Origin: an uncultured Anaerolineales bacterium
GTDB taxonomy: Bacteria > Chloroflexota > Anaerolineae > Anaerolineales > UBA11858
Assembly (NCBI GenBank): GCA_964419495.1
Contig: CAYQQX010000006.1
Span: forward strand, 486-64,485
Length of the DNA: 64,000 nucleotides
Direction: 5' to 3'
In this document: positions 26,834 to 34,077 of the stretch, one piece after another
Numbering within the stretch: the stretch's first letter is position 1
Layout of the letters: each line of letters opens with the position of its first letter
Translations under genes and position numbers: made by a program
Notes under the pieces: model-generated
The model's database searches: none
Told to the model about the DNA's origin: nothing
Seen by the model: only the letters and a program-made list of their open reading frames with translations

Positions 26834-28018
26834 ATGAATAGAAGAATTGTGTTCCTGATATTAGTTTTATTCATTTTGTTGGCATGTAATCTGTTTGCCG
26901 CAACCTCAACGCCAACAGCTATTCCACCAGATACTGTAACACCTATTTCCACCGAAGTGCCAACCGATGTTCCAACCTCGACCCCAGAACCAACAGCCAC
27001 AACTGAACCCTCCCCGACTACCGCGCCACCTCCGGCTTCACAAATACCCATCCCTGAAGCTGACACCATAGCCTATGATTTTGTGGCCAATGTCTGTGAA
27101 GCACAATGGGCCAACAGCATCAGCAATATCTCACCTTGCCCCAGCAATTTAGATGAAATCGAGCAGGGCTATATCACCAACACACATTTAGCTTTTGCTG
27201 AGAGCAATACGGCTGTCGAAGTTCCATCACTAATCGTTGTGCCCCAGCAAGGGGGCGGGGGGACGGCCATCTTTGGCATTTACCCTGAATTTGTGATTTG
27301 GCCAGGCGATCAATTCCGCGCTACGCTAGCCTGTCAGGGCGATGCTGCCTGCAATGTGGAATATTCGCTTGAATATTTTGATGCTGCGGGCAAATATCAG
27401 ACTCCCAATTGGGTTTGGGATCACCAAGTTGGTGATGGCCCACAAACGGTGGCCATTGATCTAAGTTCATTAGCCGGGCAAACCGTCAAGCTTGTGCTGG
27501 CCGTACGTGATGCCGATAAAGATCCCTCAACCGATTACGCCTTGTGGATCGCGCCGCACATTTACCGTTCACCGGATGCCCAGCCACCGGCCGCATTGCC
27601 TGATGCGGGCGCGGATAACACTCCTGGTGTGATCTCGGGAGTGGTGGATATGTCCTCAGCGCCGCCTTACATGAATGATCCCGTAGTTGAAAACAGCATG
27701 CCCGTGGTAGTTGTCTTCTTCAACCTGGGTGATGGCACCTATTGGTGGATTCAAACATCCTTAACCGGGCATCCTAATTATCAGATGACGGTGTATCCAG
27801 GCAAGTATCATGTGGTGGCTTATGGTCAGGGGGTAGGGGGAGAACCCTATGTCGCCGCAGGCTATACCGGGCAGGTGCCCTCATGTGGGCAACCTTTGGT
27901 TGAAGTTCTCGTTGCGCCCAATGCCAAAGTTGAGAATATCACCATCGCCGACTGGAATTGGTCTTGCAGTGGGGATGCCTATCGCCCCGAAAAGCCAGCT
28001 GATGTGCCGCTCCCTTGA
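26834..28018 (+). CDS. secreted lipoprotein with a Thr/Pro linker, function unknown
   Basis: Signal peptide with the lipobox-like LLAC, then a TPTAIPPDTVTPISTEVPTDVPTSTPEPTATTEP linker and beta-rich domains. Confidence 0.65.
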   Translation: MNRRIVFLILVLFILLACNLFAATSTPTAIPPDTVTPISTEVPTDVPTSTPEPTATTEPSPTTAPPPASQIPIPEADTIAYDFVANVCEAQWANSISNISPCPSNLDEIEQGYITNTHLAFAESNTAVEVPSLIVVPQQGGGGTAIFGIYPEFVIWPGDQFRATLACQGDAACNVEYSLEYFDAAGKYQTPNWVWDHQVGDGPQTVAIDLSSLAGQTVKLVLAVRDADKDPSTDYALWIAPHIYRSPDAQPPAALPDAGADNTPGVISGVVDMSSAPPYMNDPVVENSMPVVVVFFNLGDGTYWWIQTSLTGHPNYQMTVYPGKYHVVAYGQGVGGEPYVAAGYTGQVPSCGQPLVEVLVAPNAKVENITIADWNWSCSGDAYRPEKPADVPLP

Positions 28019-28482
28019 CCTCAATGGCAACTGATACCCATAACTCAATATCCAATATCCAACACCCAAAATCCAAACCAAAACGCCCCATTCTCGTAAC
28101 GGCGCTAATCCTATTGGTGTTAAGTTATACATCCCTGGGCTGGTTTGGTTTCCTGGAAGCTCAGCGCAACTGGCAGTTCTTGAATGATCTACCTCTGGCT
28201 GTCCCACCGCAATACCTGGCCTTGAGGAACTTGTTTTGGGGCCTGGCAGGAATTCCCCTGGTGTGGGGATTGTGGGTTGGCCGCCATTGGGCTTGGAGTG
28301 CTACCCAGATTGCTGCGATTTCATATGCTAGCTACTACTGGCTGGATCGATTGTTTTTAGCCGATCCTTCGGCTATCGCTGGTCGCTGGCCCTTTGTGCT
28401 GGGCCTGACACTTATTTGTTTGCTGTACACTTTTGTTGTTTTGCGGCTTCCTGTAAGCCGCCGATTTTTCAAAAAAGATTGA
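28015..28482 (+). CDS. small 4-TM membrane protein, function unknown
   Basis: Hydrophobic helices are present. The alternative ATG is at 28024. The N-terminus is encoded by the low-complexity atatccaatatccaacacccaaaatccaaaccaaaac. Confidence 0.5.
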   Translation: MTSMATDTHNSISNIQHPKSKPKRPILVTALILLVLSYTSLGWFGFLEAQRNWQFLNDLPLAVPPQYLALRNLFWGLAGIPLVWGLWVGRHWAWSATQIAAISYASYYWLDRLFLADPSAIAGRWPFVLGLTLICLLYTFVVLRLPVSRRFFKKD

Positions 28483-28543
28483 AACTGCCCCGTGACTGGT
28501 ATATGGTTCAATTAAGAACTCATAACGAATTTATGGTTCTTTG

Positions 28544-28645
28544 GGAATTGCCGTGAGAGACCTCACATTTGGGGGTAGGGGTCGTACTCCGTAACCCCTA
28601 CCCCCAAATGTGGCCCCTACCTAGGGCCCTTACCACGGCGATTCC
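28544..28645. repeat. about 100-nt extended palindrome upstream of the carboxyltransferase gene
   Basis: A perfect 19-bp stem cacatttgggggtaggggt (28564-28582) / acccctacccccaaatgtg (28594-28612) with an 11-nt loop. The outer stem is ggaattgccgtg / cacggcgattcc. Confidence 0.75.
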
Positions 28646-28683
28646 TTGAGACCCGAATTTATTTCTTTATTTGGGAGAACTTC

Positions 28684-30234
28684 ATGTCTGAGAATCCAAA
28701 GATTGATCGCTTACGCGAATTGAAAGCTGAAGCACGCTTAGGAGGCGGTGAAAAGCGCATAGAACAGCAGCACCAAAAAGGTCGTCTGACTGCCCGCGAA
28801 CGTATCGATATCTTTCTTGATAAAGGTTCCTTTCGAGAAGTCGATGCTTTTGTCACTCACCGAACTTCAGATTTCGGTTTAGATCAACGCAAAGTATTAA
28901 GCGACAGTGTCGTCACTGGATGGGGGACGGTCAATGATCGCTTGGTATATGTGTTCGCACAAGATTTTACTGTTTTTGGGGGCAGCCTGGGAGAAGTGCA
29001 TGCCGCGAAAATCGTCAAAATTCTGGATATGGCCATGAAAAATGGAGCGCCTGTAATTGGTTTGAATGATTCAGGTGGTGCACGTATTCAAGAGGGAGTG
29101 GTATCTCTGGGTGGATATGCCGATATCTTTTTGCGCAATACACTGGCCTCGGGTGTTGTGCCCCAAATTAGTGTCATTATGGGTCCTTGCGCCGGAGGTG
29201 CCGTTTACTCTCCAGCAATCACTGATTTCATCTTCATGGTGCGCGGCTCATCCTACATGTTCATCACTGGGCCCAATGTGGTCAAGACGGTTACGCATGA
29301 AGAGGTCTCCTTTGAAGAGTTGGGCGGTGCTGATGTGCACGCCGAAACATCGGGCGTCTGCCATGTGGCCGCAGATAGCGAAGCCGATGCTCTTTTCCTG
29401 GTGCAGAAACTGCTTAGTTACCTGCCGCAGAATAACATGGAAGATCCCCCCTTCATTGATACGGGAGATGATCCCTTGCGCCGTGAAGAGGGGCTGGACG
29501 AAATCATTCCAGATGACCCCAGCAAGCCGTATGATATTAAAGATGTCGTCAGCCTGATTGTCGATAACGGCGAGTTCTTCGAAACCCATGCCTCTTATGC
29601 CCAAAATATCGTGGTTGGATTTGCCCGTTTAGGCGGACACAGTGTTGGGATCGTTGCCAACCAGCCATCGGTGCTGGCCGGCGTTTTGGATATCGATTCC
29701 TCGGAGAAAGGCGGACGCTTTGTGCGTTTCTGTGATGCCTTTAATATTCCAATATTGACTTTTGTTGACGTACCCGGTTTCCTGCCTGGTACTGATCAAG
29801 AGCATGGCGGTATTATTCGCTCTGGGGCGAAGCTGCTCTATGCATATTGTGAGGCTACTGTTCCCAAGCTGACCGTCATCACCCGCAAGGCTTACGGTGG
29901 TGCCTACGACGTGATGAGCAGCAAACACATCCGCGGCGATGTCAACTTAGCCTGGCCTTCTGCCGAATTGGCTGTGATGGGCCCTGAAGGCGCGGTTGAG
30001 ATCATCTTCCGTCATGAACTCAAAGAAGCCGATGACCCTGTAGCTCGCAAAGATGAGCTTGTGGCCGACTATCGTGAAAAGTTTGCCAACCCCTATGTAG
30101 CCGCCTCACGAGGCTATATCGATGATGTCATCGAACCGCGCGACACGCGTCCCCGGCTGATCAATGCCCTGGAGATGCTGGCCAACAAGCGAGATACCAA
30201 CCCGCCCAAGAAGCACGGTTGTATCCCGTTGTAG
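28684..30234 (+). CDS. acyl-CoA carboxylase carboxyltransferase subunit (propionyl-CoA carboxylase beta / methylmalonyl-CoA carboxyltransferase 12S type)
   Basis: 516 aa. [10 protein letters not shown]-like N-terminus, [28 protein letters not shown] and AYGGAYDVM motifs. Confidence 0.94.
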   Translation: MSENPKIDRLRELKAEARLGGGEKRIEQQHQKGRLTARERIDIFLDKGSFREVDAFVTHRTSDFGLDQRKVLSDSVVTGWGTVNDRLVYVFAQDFTVFGGSLGEVHAAKIVKILDMAMKNGAPVIGLNDSGGARIQEGVVSLGGYADIFLRNTLASGVVPQISVIMGPCAGGAVYSPAITDFIFMVRGSSYMFITGPNVVKTVTHEEVSFEELGGADVHAETSGVCHVAADSEADALFLVQKLLSYLPQNNMEDPPFIDTGDDPLRREEGLDEIIPDDPSKPYDIKDVVSLIVDNGEFFETHASYAQNIVVGFARLGGHSVGIVANQPSVLAGVLDIDSSEKGGRFVRFCDAFNIPILTFVDVPGFLPGTDQEHGGIIRSGAKLLYAYCEATVPKLTVITRKAYGGAYDVMSSKHIRGDVNLAWPSAELAVMGPEGAVEIIFRHELKEADDPVARKDELVADYREKFANPYVAASRGYIDDVIEPRDTRPRLINALEMLANKRDTNPPKKHGCIPL

Positions 30235-30293
30235 TCGAATAGACTGTTTCCCCAACTATAAGACCATGAGACTATGCGACTAGCAGATTTGAA

Positions 30294-31067
30294 ATGAAAG
30301 TCCACAACCACTATCTCCACATCGAAACCCACGGCCCCGAGGGCGCCCCGGTAGTTGTTTTTCTCCATCATGGGCTTGGTTCGACTCGTGCCTGGCGGGG
30401 ACAGGTGCCTGCGTTCGTCGAAGCAGGCTATCGTGTGATTGTATATGATCGTTGGGGTTATGGCCAATCCGAATCGCGCCCGCATCTGGATGTACCTGGT
30501 TTCGAAGATGATCTGGCTGATTTGAACTCCATACTTGCAACTTGCAACTTACAACTTGCAACTTTAGTTGGTCATAGCGATGGCGGCACCCTGGCGCTTT
30601 ATTTCGCTGAGAAATATCCTGAGAAGGTTGCGTGTCTGGTCACCATTGCCGCGCATATTTACCTCGAGCCAAAGATGGAACCTGGGATTCTGGGCATTAA
30701 AGCTGCTTTTGAGGGAGATGAGCGTTTTCGTAACGGTATGCGGCGTGCTCATGGTGATAAGTTTGAGTTTGTTTTCAATAACTGGTTCGATGGCTGGCAT
30801 ATGCCCGAAGCGTTGAGTTGGGATATGCGTCCTCTGCTTGCAAATATATCTTGCCCTGCGCTTGTTATACAAGGCGAAGATGATGAGCATGCTAAACCCC
30901 AACACGCCATTGATATTGCCAATTCGATACCCGACGCTGAATTGTGGTTAGAACCGGGTGCTGGGCATATGCTGCCGCAAGATGAACCTGAGAAATTCAA
31001 TACAAGACTCCTTAGATTTTTACATGCTACGTACGAAGTGCGGAGTGCGAGAGAGGTTCGCACATAG
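30294..31067 (+). CDS. alpha/beta-fold hydrolase
   Basis: HG oxyanion motif (FLHHGLGS), nucleophile elbow GHSDGG, and a late GAGHMLPQDEP His motif. Confidence 0.85.
   Translation: MKVHNHYLHIETHGPEGAPVVVFLHHGLGSTRAWRGQVPAFVEAGYRVIVYDRWGYGQSESRPHLDVPGFEDDLADLNSILATCNLQLATLVGHSDGGTLALYFAEKYPEKVACLVTIAAHIYLEPKMEPGILGIKAAFEGDERFRNGMRRAHGDKFEFVFNNWFDGWHMPEALSWDMRPLLANISCPALVIQGEDDEHAKPQHAIDIANSIPDAELWLEPGAGHMLPQDEPEKFNTRLLRFLHATYEVRSAREVRT
30533..30564 (+). repeat. 4.5 copies of the heptamer ACTTGCA inside the hydrolase CDS
   Basis: acttgca acttgca acttaca acttgca actt encodes LATCNLQLATL directly before the GHSDGG elbow. Confidence 0.85.
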
Positions 31068-31093
31068 CACGCAACACCTTAGTAGGAGAATTT

Positions 31094-32602
31094 ATGTTCA
31101 ATAAAGTTTTAATAGCAAATCGCGGTGAGATTGCCGTCCGTATTTTGCGAGCTTGCCGTGAACTGGGCTTAGAGACTGTCGCCGTCTACTCCGATGCGGA
31201 TCGCAAAGCGCTGCATGTGCGTTATGCCGATGAAGCTTATCTGCTAGGCCCGGCTCCTTCACGCGATTCTTATCTTCGCGGCGACAAGATCATCGAGATT
31301 GCCAAAAAGAGTGGCGCTTCGGCGATCCATCCTGGATATGGCTTCCTGGCTGAGCGCGCGGATTTTGCCCAGGCCGTCATTGATGAAGGCATTGCTTTCA
31401 TCGGGCCGAAACCATCCTCGATAGCAGCCATGGGGGATAAGGGTGTTGCCAGGGCGACGGTCACTGCCGCGGGTGTGCCCGTGGTACCCGGCACCGAAGC
31501 TGAAGGAGCCCTGAGTGATGAAGATTTACTCAAGATCGCGCCAGAGATTGGCTTCCCACTATTGATCAAGGCCACAGCTGGCGGCGGTGGCAAGGGTATG
31601 CGCGAAGTTAATTATTTGGAAGAAATGCCTGAATTGTTGGCATCAGCACGAAGGGAAGCGGAATCCGCTTTTGGGGACGGAAATGTTTACCTTGAGAAAC
31701 TGGTTGAAGGCGCGCGCCACATCGAATTCCAGATCCTGGCAGATACACACGGTAATGTAATCCACCTCGGGGAACGCGAATGCTCGCTGCAGCGCCGTCA
31801 TCAAAAACTACTCGAAGAATCTCCTTCTCCGTTTGTGGATGAAGAATTACGTCAAAAGATGGGCGAAGTTGCCGTGCGGGCTGCCCAATCGGTGGAGTAT
31901 GTCAATGCCGGCACGATTGAGTTTTTGGTCGATAGCGAGAAGAATTTCTACTTCTTGGAAATGAACACCCGTCTGCAAGTGGAGCACCCTATCACCGAAG
32001 CTGTTACTGGCGTTGATATTGTCAAGGAGCAGATCCGCATAGCTCGAGGTAGAACACTGAGTCACAAGCAAGGTGAAATTCAGATGAATGGTTGGGCGAT
32101 TGAATGCCGGGTCAACGCGGAGGATCCATACAGCAATTTTATGCCTTCTACTGGCTACATTTCGCATGTACTGCTTCCTACAGGACCTGGGGTTCGGGTA
32201 GATACGGGAGTTTATCCTGGCTTTGAAATTTCCCCATACTATGACTCCTTGATTTCGAAATTGATTGTTTTTGGCGAAACGCGCGCTGAGGTTATTTTGC
32301 GCATGCGCAGGGCATTGGAAGAATACAAAATCGTCGGAGTGCGCACTAATATCCCCTTTCATCAGAGCATGATGGATTCTCATCGATTCATGGCTGGTCA
32401 ATTTGATACGCAGTTTGTAGAGAAGCGTTTTTCCATGGAAAAGACTCGCAAGGGGCAGGAAGCGCATCCTCATATAGCCGCTATCTTGGCCACCCTGGTG
32501 GCTCACCAGCACACCCAACGCTCCGCGCATGTCATCCAGCGCAACGAACGTGATACCAGCAACTGGAAGTGGATGGGTCGCTGGGAACGCATTCACCGCT
32601 AA
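31094..32602 (+). CDS. accC: biotin carboxylase subunit
   Basis: KVLIANRGEIAVRI, GYGFLAE, GGGGKGMR and EMNTRLQVEHPITE. Confidence 0.96.
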   Translation: MFNKVLIANRGEIAVRILRACRELGLETVAVYSDADRKALHVRYADEAYLLGPAPSRDSYLRGDKIIEIAKKSGASAIHPGYGFLAERADFAQAVIDEGIAFIGPKPSSIAAMGDKGVARATVTAAGVPVVPGTEAEGALSDEDLLKIAPEIGFPLLIKATAGGGGKGMREVNYLEEMPELLASARREAESAFGDGNVYLEKLVEGARHIEFQILADTHGNVIHLGERECSLQRRHQKLLEESPSPFVDEELRQKMGEVAVRAAQSVEYVNAGTIEFLVDSEKNFYFLEMNTRLQVEHPITEAVTGVDIVKEQIRIARGRTLSHKQGEIQMNGWAIECRVNAEDPYSNFMPSTGYISHVLLPTGPGVRVDTGVYPGFEISPYYDSLISKLIVFGETRAEVILRMRRALEEYKIVGVRTNIPFHQSMMDSHRFMAGQFDTQFVEKRFSMEKTRKGQEAHPHIAAILATLVAHQHTQRSAHVIQRNERDTSNWKWMGRWERIHR

Positions 32603-32616
32603 GGCGAGATAAAACT

Positions 32617-33114
32617 ATGAAATATATTACAACCATTGGCGAGAGAGAGTTTGTCATCGAAGTCATTGATGAAGAAAATATTGTCGTTGACGGTGTGGCG
32701 TGCAAAGTGAATTTTGAATCAGTCAGCGGAGAGCCATTGTATTCTATGTTAATTGATGGCCAATCCCACGAAGCCTATGTCTATGAAGACGATGACGGCT
32801 GGGAAGTCCTGCTGCAAGGTTCGCTTTATCCTGCTACGGTGGTGGATGAGCGCGAGCATCGTTTGCGATCGGCATTTGGCAGTGGACCGGTACAAGGTGG
32901 GGAATTCTATTTGAAAGCGCCTATGCCTGGATTGGTAGTTGCGATTCCTGTTGAAGATGGTCAGGAAGTTGAAGAGGGGGATGTGTTGATTATCTTGGAA
33001 TCGATGAAAATGCAAAATGAGCTGAAATCGCCGCGCGCCGGCACGATTGCCCGCATTCGTGTTGGGATTGGCGACAACGTTGAGCGTCGGCAGACTATCT
33101 TGAGTGTAGTGTAA
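32617..33114 (+). CDS. biotin carboxyl carrier (biotinyl-domain) protein
   Basis: The C-terminal VLIILESMKMQNELKSPRAGTI contains the MKM biotinylation motif. Confidence 0.88.
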   Translation: MKYITTIGEREFVIEVIDEENIVVDGVACKVNFESVSGEPLYSMLIDGQSHEAYVYEDDDGWEVLLQGSLYPATVVDEREHRLRSAFGSGPVQGGEFYLKAPMPGLVVAIPVEDGQEVEEGDVLIILESMKMQNELKSPRAGTIARIRVGIGDNVERRQTILSVV

Positions 33115-33122
33115 TACTGAAA

Positions 33123-33158
33123 AAGGGTGCTGCTGATTATAATAGTGTGCACCCTTTC
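33123..33158 (+). terminator. weak terminator-like hairpin after the carboxylase genes
   Basis: AAGGGTGC...GCACCCTT followed by TCTC. Confidence 0.4.
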
Positions 33159-33235
33159 TCAGCTTAACCTTAGTTGCGCCCCTATATTCCACGTGTTAGA
33201 ATAATTTTCAATAACTCAATCAATGAGCTTTGAAT

Positions 33236-33306
33236 TGCTCTAAGACCCGACACTTCGGCTTTGCTCAGTGCAGGCTCCGGGTCGCCCGAGGATGGGCTTT
33301 AGAGCA
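33236..33306. other. structured intergenic element (outer stem plus inner GC hairpins)
   Basis: tgctctaag...ctttagagca encloses gacccg...cgggtc and gccc-gagga-tgggc. Confidence 0.45.
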
Positions 33307-33363
33307 AGGGTGTACAAGGAATTTTTCCGATGACCCAATCATTGAGCGTACGTGGAGTACTCT

Positions 33364-33906
33364 ATGTCTGAGATGGTAGAAGTTGTTATTGATAGTATTC
33401 GAGTCAGCCTGATGAACCAACAGCGCATTGTCATTTTGCGCGAGTTGGAGGCAGAACGATATTTGGCGATTTGGATTGGCGTGTATGAAGCAGAACACCT
33501 GACGATCGCGCTGCAAGATGTCGAAGTCTCTCGCCCGTTGACTTATGATCTTTTCACGAAGGTGATCGATGAACTAAACGCCGAGGTTTCTCATATTGAA
33601 GTAGTTTCGCTGCGTGATGAAACCTTTTATGGCAATGTGGTCATCAACGTGAATGGTAGTGTGCTCAATATAGACTCACGTCCGTCGGATGCGATGAATT
33701 TGGCTGTGCGCAGCGGAGTGCCGATCCTGGTCTCTCGTGAAGTGATGGAAAGCGCAGGCATTGTCCCCGATGAAGATGATATCTCTATTGACGATATGGA
33801 TGATGTTGAGGCTGCGGCAGGCAAAGAGGATGCCCGTCTCTCTATTTTCAAGGATTTTCTGGAAGGATTAGATATCGACGAAGATGCCGAGGAAGAGGAT
33901 GACTAA
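33364..33906 (+). CDS. bifunctional nuclease (BFN/DUF151) domain protein with an acidic tail
   Basis: VILRELEAERYLAIWIGVYEAEHLTIAL...RPLTYDLF...DSRPSDAMNLAVRSGVPILV. The ORF is open from GTG 33352. Confidence 0.8.
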   Translation: MSEMVEVVIDSIRVSLMNQQRIVILRELEAERYLAIWIGVYEAEHLTIALQDVEVSRPLTYDLFTKVIDELNAEVSHIEVVSLRDETFYGNVVINVNGSVLNIDSRPSDAMNLAVRSGVPILVSREVMESAGIVPDEDDISIDDMDDVEAAAGKEDARLSIFKDFLEGLDIDEDAEEEDD

Positions 33907-33932
33907 GTAGTACTGTGTAATTCTGGAACCAG

Positions 33933-33969
33933 ACCGCTGACCAGAGCTAGCCAATGGTCAGCGGTTTTT
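33933..33969 (+). terminator. intrinsic terminator
   Basis: ACCGCTGACC-13 nt-GGTCAGCGGT followed by TTTT. Confidence 0.75.
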
Positions 33970-34077
33970 GTTCTGTGAAATTTTTAAGTTTAAAGATATA
34001 TGCTTTTCGACTCGGAAGCACGTTGATATGATATAAACGTACCTACATTTCTTTGAGTTGCTACCCCACTTTGTACT

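Noticed and set aside
20846-30564. Heptamer arrays or other short repeats as a CRISPR array
   Set aside because: The units are 7 nt and contiguous with no spacers. No 25-40-nt repeat/spacer periodicity exists anywhere in the window.
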